Position numbers and translations under genes: made by a program
Notes under the pieces: model-generated
Databases searched by the model: none
The model's input: the letters and a program-made list of their open reading frames with translations, nothing else
Told to the model about the DNA's origin: nothing
IMG/VR virus record: IMGVR_UViG_3300046528_000200
Coordinates: 23,477-87,476 of that record
Length of the DNA: 64,000 nucleotides
Origin: a virus
Lineage: Duplodnaviria > Caudoviricetes
Direction: 5' to 3' (one strand)
In this document: positions 26,927 to 35,782 of the stretch, piece by piece
Layout of the letters: each line of letters opens with the position of its first letter
Numbering within the stretch: position 1 is the stretch's first letter

Positions 26927-27286
26927 TTACGGACTCCAGGCCGGACAGAGCTCGCCCGTCCAGTTCCAGCACGCAGCCAGGATGTCGCCGAAGCGTTGGA
27001 TATCGCTGATGCCGCAGCCGTGCAACATGACACGCTCCTGCTCGTCAAAGTGCCAGTTGCTGCACCCATCCCACTTCACGAAGCCGTGCAGGTAGACAGG
27101 GGCGTCTTCCAGGCGCTCGGCACCGTCCCAAATCGGAACGTCAAACACGCCTTTCGTTTCGCCCTCCATCCAGCCGCAGATATCGAAAATCCTGAAGTCG
27201 ACATGATGCTGATACGCAGACGCCTCGACCGTAAAACGCAAGTCTAAAAAGTGCTTCACGTGCACGGCAATCGGCGGGGCGCTCAC
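26927..27286 (-). CDS. Hypothetical protein
   Basis: GTG start 27286 overlapping the upstream stop (GTGA); 119 aa. Confidence 0.65.
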   Translation of the reverse strand: MSAPPIAVHVKHFLDLRFTVEASAYQHHVDFRIFDICGWMEGETKGVFDVPIWDGAERLEDAPVYLHGFVKWDGCSNWHFDEQERVMLHGCGISDIQRFGDILAACWNWTGELCPAWSP

Positions 27287-27498
27287 AGCTGCCTCCAGCT
27301 GCGCCAGTACCAGATCAGGCCGGCCGGCCATGTCAGGATCATGATCAGGATCGCGGCCATACTCGACACCATCAGGCGCCGCTTAACAGCAAGGCCCATC
27401 GAGTAGCCGGTTCGGTGGTCGACGGTGAACATGACGGCCAGGCCAAGACCAAACCAGCAGACCACGACGGTCGCGCACTGCAGGATGGTCAGGAGCAT
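27283..27498 (-). CDS. Small two-TM membrane protein
   Basis: SD GGAGG, ATG 27498; hydrophobic 71 aa. Confidence 0.65.
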   Translation of the reverse strand: MLLTILQCATVVVCWFGLGLAVMFTVDHRTGYSMGLAVKRRLMVSSMAAILIMILTWPAGLIWYWRSWRQL

Positions 27499-27710
27499 GC
27501 CACCTCCCGCAGCTTGCCGTGCTCCTTCAGCCATGCCACCGCGCGCTCTTCATGCACGAAGCCGGTGCCGCCGGACGGCGACGAGTAGTACACGCCGCGC
27601 GGCCAGGTGCCGTCGGTCGCTCGCTTGTGGACCGTGTTCTTGCGCTCGCCGTACTTGGCACAGAAAGCGTCCAGCTCGATCCAGCCGTCACGGTTGATGG
27701 GGTCGCTCAC
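27489..27710 (-). CDS. Excisionase/AlpA-like HTH DNA-binding protein
   Basis: WIELDAFCAKYGERKNTVHKR...W pattern resembles Xis-like wHTH proteins. Confidence 0.55.
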   Translation of the reverse strand: MSDPINRDGWIELDAFCAKYGERKNTVHKRATDGTWPRGVYYSSPSGGTGFVHEERAVAWLKEHGKLREVACS

Positions 27711-27964
27711 AGGGCCTCCTTCGTGACGGCCATCAAGACGACCGGGTGCGAGCCGTCGTCGCCGCCGAGGCGAACGCCCAACTGGATGGCGCCGCCGGCC
27801 GCCAAGGCTTCCAGCTCTTGGCCGCTGGGCTTCCAGTACGAGCAGGCCCAGGTGCCGTGCTCGTTCCTGACGAGCACGACTGGCAGATTCTCGCAGCTGC
27901 CGTCCTGCATGTCCGGCGGCGCGCCGAAATCGTGGTTGGTGTTGGGGTGCCTTACGATGTCCAT
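27707..27964 (-). CDS. Conserved phage hypothetical protein
   Basis: SYWKPSGQELEALAAGG..LGV....HP motif; coupled to neighbouring genes. Confidence 0.65.
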   Translation of the reverse strand: MDIVRHPNTNHDFGAPPDMQDGSCENLPVVLVRNEHGTWACSYWKPSGQELEALAAGGAIQLGVRLGGDDGSHPVVLMAVTKEAL

Positions 27965-27974
27965 GTGGACCTCC

Positions 27975-30167
27975 TTAAACGGTGATGATGCGGTCAGCGA
28001 CCGAATCGGTCAGGTCGCTGTGTGAAACGATAATCGTCTGGCCGAAGCCCAACGTCGACAGCATGCCAAGCATCTTGGTCTCGCGCGCGTCGCTGCAGGC
28101 TGCGGCCGGCTCATCCAGCTGGAGCATGTCGATGCCCGGCAGGAAGGTCTTAGTGAGCGTGATGCGCATCGCCAGGCCCAGCATGTCTTCGGCCGAGCCG
28201 GACAGACCCGAGACCGGGAAGCCATTGCATTTGAAGGTGCCGTCGGCGCGGGTGATACGCGACTCCTGCCCGCGCACATCCGAGAAGTGCTTCGAGACGC
28301 CGCCCAGCACGATGTTCCACAGCTTGTTCGTGATGACCGGGCGCGCAGCGCGCACCTTTTTAATGAGCAGGTTGTACTTTTGCATCTGGGCCAGCTCAGC
28401 CTCGACGGCGGCCAGTTGGGCGCGCGTCTGCTCCAGCTGACGCTGCTGCTGCGCGGCCAGCGCTTCTTTAGTGGCGAGGGCGGTCTGCAACTGCTGCAGA
28501 TGGTGCTGGTGCAGTTGCAGCGCTCCGGACGAAGTCTTAATCTGCTGGACCAGCTGGCCCGCGCGCTCCAGCACCGACTTGGCTTCCTGCACTTCCAGCA
28601 CCTGGCGCGCGGTCACCGCGTCGCGACGCTCCAGCACCAGGCGGTTGCGCTGAGTTTCCTTTTCCTGCCGGCGCACGGCGTCCGCATCGGCTTCGCGTTG
28701 CAGCGTCTCGAGGTGAGCAAGCTGGTTGGCCAAGTCGGCCGGCACGTGTTCCAGTACCGGGCCGGTCCAGCGCCACGCACCCGGCACCACGTTGCGGTCG
28801 ACCACGATGAAGTCGGCAGCGCGCGCGTACAGGTTTTCGATGGCGCCATTGACGCGCACGACGTCGTTCAGCTGCGCGAGGTACTTGAGCTGCTGCTCCA
28901 GCTCCGTGCTTGCCTCATCACTGGCCTGGCGGTATTCCCGCTCATCCAGACCAATCTCGTCCAGCGCAGCCTGCAATGCCTGCTTACGGTCTGCAATCTG
29001 GCGCCCCAGCTGGCCGTTGGTGCGCGCCACCTCCGGCACGTCCGACAGGTCTTTCTGGCACAGTGCACAGGTGGTCTCCCTGATCAGTCGCCCTTCGAGT
29101 TGCGCCACTTCAACGTCAGCTGCTCGCTGGCGCTCAGCACGTTCCTGCGCCAATTTGTTTAGGTTGACCACTGCGCTATTGCGACGGTCACCTAGAGGCT
29201 TGATTGACTGCTGCACCTGAGCGACTTCAGCTTCCAGCGACGCCAGATCCTTGTCCCACTGGACCGCGGTGTCGGTGCCAGCCAGCTCGGCATACAGTTT
29301 CGCCGCGCGCGCCTGCTGCTTGCCGGCTTCCACTGCCGCGCGCGCCTTTTCGATGCTGCCTTCCGGCGGCGCCAGCACGGCGGGCCGGCCCAGCTCACGG
29401 TCGATCGCGTCGATGTCGAAGGTGGTCTTCTCGATCGTGCGCGTCAGCGCCACTTCGCTGGCGATGGTCTGGCGCGCGGTCTCGACGTCGAGCTGGTCCT
29501 GCTGCGCCTGCAGATCAGCCAGATCGCCTTCCGCGGCGCGAACCGTTTCAGCAGCGTCTCCGATGTCGCCGCGCAGGCCTTCCAGATCTTCGAATGTCTG
29601 GCCCTGCACCTCCTGCTCTTTCAGCTGGGCGATGCGCGCCTCGACGCCCTCGGTCCTGCCGGTCGGGCGCTGCGCAGCGATCTTCTCGGCCACCTGGTCG
29701 ATCAGGTCGAAGTTGGCCAGCTCCTCGATCATGCGGCCGGCGGCCGTGGGGCCTTCCTTGAGCGACTCAGCCAAGGATTTCTGCGAGGCGAACATCAGCT
29801 TGCCGGCCAGCTTGGCGTCGGCGCCGAACAGGCGCTCGAAGAAAGCGGTCACTTCGTTCTGGCCGGTGATCTTTTCGCGGCCGAAATTCAGCTCGGCGCC
29901 GGACTTGCCGCGGTAGCCGGTATAGGTGACGCCGAGGTGCTCGATCTCGCAGTCGACGCGCAGCTTCGAAACTGGCGTGTGATAGGTGACGACGTCGTCG
30001 ATGGATTCGCGCAGGGAGCGCGCGCCGAAGCAGAAGTAGAAGAAGGCTTCCAGCACGGTGGTCTTGCCGGCCTCGTTCTCGCCGCGAATGGCGTTCAAGC
30101 CCGGGCCGAAGTCGAAGGCACGGTCGAGGTGCTGGCGGAAATTCTGGAGTCGGATCTTTTTGAGCAT
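27975..30167 (-). CDS. sbcC: SbcC/Rad50-like SMC ATPase
   Basis: Walker A GENEAGKT, coiled coils, CALC zinc hook, LSGS signature, LQLDEP Walker B. Confidence 0.92.
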   Translation of the reverse strand: MLKKIRLQNFRQHLDRAFDFGPGLNAIRGENEAGKTTVLEAFFYFCFGARSLRESIDDVVTYHTPVSKLRVDCEIEHLGVTYTGYRGKSGAELNFGREKITGQNEVTAFFERLFGADAKLAGKLMFASQKSLAESLKEGPTAAGRMIEELANFDLIDQVAEKIAAQRPTGRTEGVEARIAQLKEQEVQGQTFEDLEGLRGDIGDAAETVRAAEGDLADLQAQQDQLDVETARQTIASEVALTRTIEKTTFDIDAIDRELGRPAVLAPPEGSIEKARAAVEAGKQQARAAKLYAELAGTDTAVQWDKDLASLEAEVAQVQQSIKPLGDRRNSAVVNLNKLAQERAERQRAADVEVAQLEGRLIRETTCALCQKDLSDVPEVARTNGQLGRQIADRKQALQAALDEIGLDEREYRQASDEASTELEQQLKYLAQLNDVVRVNGAIENLYARAADFIVVDRNVVPGAWRWTGPVLEHVPADLANQLAHLETLQREADADAVRRQEKETQRNRLVLERRDAVTARQVLEVQEAKSVLERAGQLVQQIKTSSGALQLHQHHLQQLQTALATKEALAAQQQRQLEQTRAQLAAVEAELAQMQKYNLLIKKVRAARPVITNKLWNIVLGGVSKHFSDVRGQESRITRADGTFKCNGFPVSGLSGSAEDMLGLAMRITLTKTFLPGIDMLQLDEPAAACSDARETKMLGMLSTLGFGQTIIVSHSDLTDSVADRIITV

Positions 30168-30168
30168 T

Positions 30169-30396
30169 TTATTTTCCGGTTCGGTTGAGTATCAGGGATG
30201 CAGCGCCCTCCATCTGCTCGACGGTCAGGTGCCGGGTCAGGTTCAGGGCAGCGGTGATCCGGCGAGCCATCGCTTCGCGCTCGTTCTGCGACAGCTTGTA
30301 GCTGTACGTCGTCGTTGCGACACCGCCGTCAGCGTCAGCAAAGCGGATCGTCCGGGCACCAAGCCCGCATTGTCTGTAACGTCGGCCCTCAAACAT
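30169..30396 (-). CDS. Hypothetical protein
   Basis: Fills the operon gap and overlaps the upstream stop. Confidence 0.55.
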   Translation of the reverse strand: MFEGRRYRQCGLGARTIRFADADGGVATTTYSYKLSQNEREAMARRITAALNLTRHLTVEQMEGAASLILNRTGK

Positions 30397-30589
30397 CGCG
30401 GCGCTCTGGTTTAACAGCGTCGGTAAAGGCTTCGCCGGCGGTGCCCAGCAGGGCGCCGGTGCGGCTGAAGGGCGTGTCGCGCTTTTTATCGTAGGAGCAG
30501 GCGTCGGGGATGAACATCACGACGTCGACGACGGCGGTGACCGGCGTGGCGGCGACAGCGATGGTTGCTTTAAGCAGGTTGAACAGCAT
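30389..30589 (-). CDS. Hypothetical protein
   Basis: 66 aa, tightly packed in the operon. Confidence 0.6.
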   Translation of the reverse strand: MLFNLLKATIAVAATPVTAVVDVVMFIPDACSYDKKRDTPFSRTGALLGTAGEAFTDAVKPERRDV

Positions 30590-30773
30590 TTTCTTCCCCC
30601 AACTTCGTTGTATTGCCGCCGATCAGATCGGTGACGCCCTGCTGGCCAGCACCGCACTCGTGCCACGAAACTAGGCTGATCCGGCCAAAGCTCATCAGGT
30701 GAGCGAGGGCCTGCGGCGACTGCCGCGAAAACTGCCGGCCGCAGATGCGACACTTGTAGGTCAGGAAGTGCAC
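30570..30773 (-). CDS. Small Zn-finger-like protein
   Basis: GTG 30773 with SD GGAG; YKCRICG...HEC. Confidence 0.5.
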   Translation of the reverse strand: MHFLTYKCRICGRQFSRQSPQALAHLMSFGRISLVSWHECGAGQQGVTDLIGGNTTKLGEENAVQPA

Positions 30774-31825
30774 TGGTCTTCTCCCATGATTTTGTCGATC
30801 TCGGCCGCGTCGTCGGGCCCGAGGTATTCGCGCAGCGCCTCCAGCACGTTGAAGCTGGTGACGTCCTCGTGCGACAGCGTCATCTCGGCGCCGTCGTCGA
30901 CGCCTTCGATCTTCACCGCATTGGTGATGACCAGGGCTTTCGCCTCGCGCCGGAAGCGGCCGATTGCGGTCACGACCTTGTCGGCTTCGGCCGCCGTGGC
31001 GGTGCCAGTGATGCGGATGAAGCGGCCGACGTCGGTGAGACCACGCCAATCCTGCTCGCTGTAATCGACCTTGCCAAAGTCGTTGATGTCCTGCCAGGTC
31101 GTGTGCAGCGCGTAGCTGGCGGCACGGTTGGCCTGATACGTACAGAACAGAGCTTTGTCCTGGTTACCCAGGCAGTCGCTGATCGAGGATGGGAACTGGT
31201 TCCCGACGATCACGACCTTGCCGCCCAGCTCGGTCCGGGCCTGGTGTTCATGGCCGAACACGATGTATTCGACCGGCAGCTGCTCGGCCTGCTCTTTCGA
31301 CAGGTTCAGCGAGTGGTCGGCCTCGACCGCGAACTGATTGTCGTAGTTGGCGTGCACGAATAGGAAGCGGCAGGCCGGGACCTTGGCCAGCTCCATATTG
31401 AACAGGTCCTGGTTGGCGACGTGCGGAATCACGTAGGCGTCGTGCCTCGGCAGTGACGTCCCTTCGGCGATATGCGCTACGCGTGCTGGCCCGTGCATCT
31501 CAAGCAACAGCTGCGCAAAAAACTGGAACGACGACAGGCGCGTGCTGTTCTTGTCGAGATCGTGGTTGCCATTCGCAAGGAATAGGCTCCCAGGTGCGCG
31601 CGTCAGCCAGTCGCCGAAGATGCGCACGGCCTGCAGTAGATCCGCGCGCGGGATGTCTGGGCCGTCGAACAGGTCGCCGTTGACCAGCAGATCGCCGGTC
31701 ACGCTGTAGAGAATCTCTTCGGCGGCCGTGAGCAGATCCTGCCGCAGCTGATAGGCAGTGGCTGGTGTGGTGCCAGCACTGCGATTGGCGCCGAGGTGCC
31801 AGTCGTTCACTACTGTGAGCGTCAT
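30761..31825 (-). CDS. sbcD: SbcD/Mre11-like nuclease
   Basis: NDWHLG, NGDLFD, GNHD and GHEH metallophosphoesterase motifs; in the operon with SbcC. Confidence 0.9.
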   Translation of the reverse strand: MTLTVVNDWHLGANRSAGTTPATAYQLRQDLLTAAEEILYSVTGDLLVNGDLFDGPDIPRADLLQAVRIFGDWLTRAPGSLFLANGNHDLDKNSTRLSSFQFFAQLLLEMHGPARVAHIAEGTSLPRHDAYVIPHVANQDLFNMELAKVPACRFLFVHANYDNQFAVEADHSLNLSKEQAEQLPVEYIVFGHEHQARTELGGKVVIVGNQFPSSISDCLGNQDKALFCTYQANRAASYALHTTWQDINDFGKVDYSEQDWRGLTDVGRFIRITGTATAAEADKVVTAIGRFRREAKALVITNAVKIEGVDDGAEMTLSHEDVTSFNVLEALREYLGPDDAAEIDKIMGEDQCTS

Positions 31826-31849
31826 TATTATTTTCCTTTATGGGTGTGG

Positions 31850-31873
31850 AAAGAGGCCCCGCAGGGCCTCTTT
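31850..31873. terminator. Bidirectional-type hairpin
   Basis: AAAGAGGCCC-CGCA-GGGCCTCTTT. Confidence 0.7.
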
Positions 31874-31876
31874 GTC

Positions 31877-31905
31877 ATTCTCAGGTAAAGTTTGCCTACG
31901 GTCAA
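31877..31905 (-). promoter_or_regulatory. sigma70-like promoter for sbcD-sbcC operon
   Basis: Minus strand TTGACC-17 bp (gtaGGCAAACtttacct)-GAGAAT. Confidence 0.6.
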
Positions 31906-32354
31906 GGAAAGAGTTGCAGCATCACATCCTCGACCTTAGGGTAGGCCTTGAACAGGCTAAGGTCCCAGGACGCAGCGCGCTCAAAAAAGTAGTCAGCCGG
32001 AACCAGCCGCCACTCACGCACGCCGCCACGGCCTTCCGTCAAGTGGCAAACAATCACCCAGCACTGGGAGCCAGCGAGACGCCACTTGCGCATCCGCCCG
32101 ACCTTGTCAGCCGCGAAATTCGCCGCCGGCAGGCGCCGGCTGGAGACCGTCGTGATCTTGACCTCCTTCACCTCAATCTTGAAGTTGGTGCCGCGATGGC
32201 CGGCCTCGAAGTCGGACGGCGCCGGCTGCGCGCTGCCGGCCCGGGCATCCGGGTAGCGCAAAAAAGCGAAGCCGGCATCAGTTTCGCTGCGCCGCGACAT
32301 CCAGTCGCGCACCTGCTTTTCGGCCCACTTGCCGCGTGTTCCAAGGGTCGCCAT
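31902..32354 (-). CDS. Holliday junction resolvase (RecU-like PD-(D/E)xK nuclease)
   Basis: GKWAE...PSDF...IEVKE motif. Confidence 0.7.
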   Translation of the reverse strand: MATLGTRGKWAEKQVRDWMSRRSETDAGFAFLRYPDARAGSAQPAPSDFEAGHRGTNFKIEVKEVKITTVSSRRLPAANFAADKVGRMRKWRLAGSQCWVIVCHLTEGRGGVREWRLVPADYFFERAASWDLSLFKAYPKVEDVMLQLFP

Positions 32355-32355
32355 A

Positions 32356-32541
32356 TCAGTCTCCCAGCCGGGTCAGGGCGTTGTGGACGTGGGTGTCAAG
32401 CTGGTCGAGCTGGCTGCACAGCCAGACGTCCTGCACTTTGACACGCAGCTGGTCGAGAATGGCCTGGGCCGAGACCAGCTCGCCCACCGCCTCGTCGCAC
32501 AGCTCGGCGATGCGGCGCGGAGCCTCCGGTGCGGCGCTCAT
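32356..32541 (-). CDS. Hypothetical protein
   Basis: ATGA-coupled to thyA. Confidence 0.6.
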   Translation of the reverse strand: MSAAPEAPRRIAELCDEAVGELVSAQAILDQLRVKVQDVWLCSQLDQLDTHVHNALTRLGD

Positions 32542-33404
32542 ACGGCCATCGGCGCTTTGATCGCCGCGTGAGATTGGTAGTCGACCAGCTGAATATCTTC
32601 CGGCCGCAGGGCCAGAAGCAATGCGTCAAGAGTTACCGTCGCGCTGTTGTACGGGACGTCCAAAGCCAGCTTCGGCGCCGGCAACACTTCGCGCGCCAGC
32701 TGCTCCTGCACCTGCTCGATGTGGTTCTCGTAGATGTGGGCATCGGCCAGGAACATTGTCAGCGTGCCGGCCGTATAGCCGGTCCAGGCCGCGAACAGCT
32801 CCAGCAGCAGCGCGTAGCTGGCGATGTTGAACGGCACGCCGAGGAACATGTCGCAGCTGCGCTGGTACATCGTCATGTGCAGCACCTTCGTGTCGACGTG
32901 CGGCAGCAGCTGGAACAGCACGTGGCAGGGCGGCAGGGCGGCCACGTCCAGCTCGGCCGGGTTCCAGGCATTGACCAGGATACGGCGATCGGTCGGCTCG
33001 TAGCGCACCTTGTCGAGGGCGCGGGCGATCTGGTCGACACGCGTCACGCCGCCAGCGATACCGAAGTCGCGCCACTGCGCGCTGTAGATCCGGCCAAGGT
33101 CGTCGTGACCGCGCCGCGCCGGGCTGGCCAGCCACTTCGTGTTCTCGTTGGCGTTCTGGTCCCAGATGTTGCAGCCCAGCGCACGGAAGTCAGCTGCGCT
33201 GGTGGCGCCGCGCAGGAAACCGATCAGCTCGCCCTTCACGGCGTCGAAGGCCAGCTTCTTCGTGGTGACGGCCGGGAAGCCATCGCGCAGATCGAACTTG
33301 AGCATGGCGCCGGGCAGGGTGTAGGTGTCGATTCCGGTGCGGTTCGACTGCTTGACGCCGTTGTCGAGGATGTCGCGCAAGAGGTTCAGGTAGTTTTGTT
33401 CCAT
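32538..33404 (-). CDS. thyA: Thymidylate synthase
   Basis: NRTG, DLGRIY..QWR, RRILVNAWNP, LPPCH and QRSCDMFLGVPFNIASY motifs. Confidence 0.97.
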   Translation of the reverse strand: MEQNYLNLLRDILDNGVKQSNRTGIDTYTLPGAMLKFDLRDGFPAVTTKKLAFDAVKGELIGFLRGATSAADFRALGCNIWDQNANENTKWLASPARRGHDDLGRIYSAQWRDFGIAGGVTRVDQIARALDKVRYEPTDRRILVNAWNPAELDVAALPPCHVLFQLLPHVDTKVLHMTMYQRSCDMFLGVPFNIASYALLLELFAAWTGYTAGTLTMFLADAHIYENHIEQVQEQLAREVLPAPKLALDVPYNSATVTLDALLLALRPEDIQLVDYQSHAAIKAPMAV

Positions 33405-33607
33405 TATTTGCTTTCAGGTTTCAGGGTTGCATTCAGGTTCACGTTGATGATGGGAGACGCCACACCGACGTTACGCATCTCGACTGGGTTGGCCCAGACG
33501 ATCTGGTCCATCTCGCGGCCGGTCTCTTCCAGCACCAGCCGGCGGATGGCCGCATCGACCTTCTCGCCTGGGATCTCGACCACGTCGAGGGTGGTGCGGA
33601 TCTTCAT
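33404..33607 (-). CDS. Hypothetical protein
   Basis: Coupled on both sides (ATGA/TAATG). Confidence 0.6.
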   Translation of the reverse strand: MKIRTTLDVVEIPGEKVDAAIRRLVLEETGREMDQIVWANPVEMRNVGVASPIINVNLNATLKPESK

Positions 33608-34593
33608 GCCGCCTCCTTCGCCAAGTCGTACTTCTCGCGGCGGCGCACGAAGCGCGCCTGGCGCGGCGCGTCCTTCACGCCGGTGTCGAGCGAGCAGTAT
33701 TCGGCCGGCCAGCCGCAGATTTCAAGCGGATTGTTGAACCACTCGATGCGCTGGGCGTGCGTGGCGCTGCCGGGCCCCAGGCGGATCGGCTGGCCGGTCG
33801 CGGTGTCGGTGGCGAGGAAGGCGCCGATCATGCCCTTGCCGACCTTGTTCTCCTTGTGGCTCGAACGCTCGGTGCGACCCAGGGCGTTGGTGGTCGCCTC
33901 GTTCTGGTTCTCCATCGCCTCCTCGAAGCCGGTGATGACGCAGTCCTTGACCGAGGCCGGCTTGAAGCGCCAGAAGTCGTTCAGCTTGGCGGTGGCGCGG
34001 CCGTGCTTGTGCTTCGCCTTCGGGTCGCGGAAGATGGCGCCCTCGTAGCCCAGCGCCAGGCACTCGTCGATGAAGGCCTGGGCCTGCTCGGCGTCCTCGA
34101 TCACGACGTAAGGCAGCAGACAGACGCCCGGCAGCCCAAGCGCAATCAGCTGCTCGAGACGGCCATAGCGGTCCTCGTATTCGAGATCGATCACTTCCGG
34201 GTGCAGGAAGTCAAACACATTCCATACGACGTTGGTCGGCAGCTCGGTCTCGCCCTTCTTAATCTTAACGCGGCTGGTGATGCCAGTCGTCAGGCTGCAT
34301 AGCGTCTTCGGCTTGTCGCCTGGCTTATCCGGCGCCGTCAGCTCCGGAGGCAGTTCGCGGTTCGACAGGTAGCCGTCGATCGTCAGCTCGCCATCAAGGC
34401 CGGTATAGATCGGCGACGAGAACTTCTCGACTAGCGCGGTGTTGGCAAGGTCTTCCAGCGAGCGGCCGGTGAATTTGCCAGTGACGTGGCAGCCGCGCAC
34501 GCCGTCGATCTTACGGAAGCCCCAGACAGGGAAGCGCATGCCCTTGAAATCTGGTGCGATGTCAACAGCGAGTTGTGGGAGGGTTTTGGTCAT
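33604..34593 (-). CDS. ATP-dependent DNA ligase
   Basis: KIDGVR adenylation motif, DGEL, EGAIFRDP and RFKP, plus C-terminal OB fold. Confidence 0.9.
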   Translation of the reverse strand: MTKTLPQLAVDIAPDFKGMRFPVWGFRKIDGVRGCHVTGKFTGRSLEDLANTALVEKFSSPIYTGLDGELTIDGYLSNRELPPELTAPDKPGDKPKTLCSLTTGITSRVKIKKGETELPTNVVWNVFDFLHPEVIDLEYEDRYGRLEQLIALGLPGVCLLPYVVIEDAEQAQAFIDECLALGYEGAIFRDPKAKHKHGRATAKLNDFWRFKPASVKDCVITGFEEAMENQNEATTNALGRTERSSHKENKVGKGMIGAFLATDTATGQPIRLGPGSATHAQRIEWFNNPLEICGWPAEYCSLDTGVKDAPRQARFVRRREKYDLAKEAA

Positions 34594-34832
34594 GCTGTTG
34601 CCTTTCTGATGGAATTGTTTAGTGTGTTAGCGATTTGATCAGCCCCAACAACGAGCAAAGTCTCTGAGCACTCGTCACAGCCAAGAGTGAAAATGCACTC
34701 AACGTCACGTGTATTCAGCCGACCCTGCTGGGCGTCTGACCGATTTACAATCGAGGCCTGCCAGGACAGGCGAGTACTCTCGCACTCGCTACATTGGGTG
34801 ATGGCCATGGTCGTAGCCATGTCAGCTGCCAT
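34590..34832 (-). CDS. Small CxxC...CxxC Zn-ribbon-like protein
   Basis: CSEC...CDEC; AT-richer than its neighbours. Confidence 0.55.
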   Translation of the reverse strand: MAADMATTMAITQCSECESTRLSWQASIVNRSDAQQGRLNTRDVECIFTLGCDECSETLLVVGADQIANTLNNSIRKATA

Positions 34833-35097
34833 GCGTCGCGAGGTACAGCTTGCCTTCCTGCCCGGTCAGCGCAAGGAATCGCGCCTTGGCCTCCTCGATC
34901 TTGGCAAGGTCGAGGGTGAGTTCGGCGGCCGAGTAGTCGCCGCTGTCCGCCACCTCGACGCCGCGGATCGTGACGTCCGGCCCGCCGTCGTAATAGCCGA
35001 CAGCGCGGTCCATGTTTTCGAGGACTTCCTCGTCATCGATCTGGATGTCTTCCTGGTACAAGCCGACGATCAGTTTTGCGGAGTATTCAATGCCCAT
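34822..35097 (-). CDS. Hypothetical acidic protein
   Basis: SD GAAAGGAAG; 91 aa. Confidence 0.65.
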   Translation of the reverse strand: MGIEYSAKLIVGLYQEDIQIDDEEVLENMDRAVGYYDGGPDVTIRGVEVADSGDYSAAELTLDLAKIEEAKARFLALTGQEGKLYLATHGS

Positions 35098-35147
35098 AAG
35101 GCTTCCTTTCAGGTTGTGTGCCCGGCGCGGCCGGGCGGACTGGGTAG

Positions 35148-35501
35148 TTATTTGCGTTTCGATTTCTGATTTTTGCGATACACGGTCATCTGGGCCAGCG
35201 CCTTGAAGATGTGTTGCGTCTCCTTGCCGTACAGGAGGGCCACATCAAGGCGCGCAGGCACATCAGGCGGCTGTCGCGCCTCCACATCGATTGCGTTAAG
35301 TGCCCAACTACCGTGTTGGTGGCCCATCTGCAGCTTTCGCAAGGTATCGTGGTCGGAAATCACCCGGACTTGCAGGCGCGTCTGCAGCATGCCCGGCACG
35401 CCAGGCCCGCCGTCCTGCCGGGCGTTCAGCTCCCAGCCCCAGATGTGATGCAGCGACACGCCCAGGGTGCGGGCGACCGCGGCGGCGACGGTGTCCTTCA
35501 T
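35148..35501 (-). CDS. Hypothetical protein
   Basis: ATGA-coupled; 117 aa. Confidence 0.6.
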   Translation of the reverse strand: MKDTVAAAVARTLGVSLHHIWGWELNARQDGGPGVPGMLQTRLQVRVISDHDTLRKLQMGHQHGSWALNAIDVEARQPPDVPARLDVALLYGKETQHIFKALAQMTVYRKNQKSKRK

Positions 35502-35782
35502 GCCGTCTCCTTCGTCGAGTCCCTGAGCTTCAAGGCCAGCTCAGGTGATGCCATGAGAATCACCACGTCCGAGTCATTGCCGGCGCCGAAGACATCGCCG
35601 AAAATAGCGTCGAAGGTGTCGCCAAACGAGCCCTTCTTCAGGCCGGAGACGATTAGGATCTGCCCGTCCGGGGCCACCAGCTTGGTCATCCCTTCCCAGG
35701 TCGACTGAGCTTCGAGGTTGGCCAGCGTCAAGACGCCCACGCTCAGGGTAAAGATTTCGTTTCGCTTCAGCTGCGCTTTCAT
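35498..35782 (-). CDS. Hypothetical protein
   Basis: ATGA-coupled to the polymerase stop. Confidence 0.6.
   Translation of the reverse strand: MKAQLKRNEIFTLSVGVLTLANLEAQSTWEGMTKLVAPDGQILIVSGLKKGSFGDTFDAIFGDVFGAGNDSDVVILMASPELALKLRDSTKETA

Noticed and set aside
32538-33404. ThyA homologue as a base-hypermodification enzyme (dUMP/dCMP hydroxymethylase)
   Set aside because: The sequence keeps canonical ThyA motifs, including the dUMP-specifying Asn in PFNIASY, and no glycosyltransferase or other modifying genes are adjacent.
35120-35136. GCCCGGC-GCG-GCCGGGC hairpin as terminator
   Set aside because: No U-tract on either side, and a short GC stem is expected by chance at this GC content.
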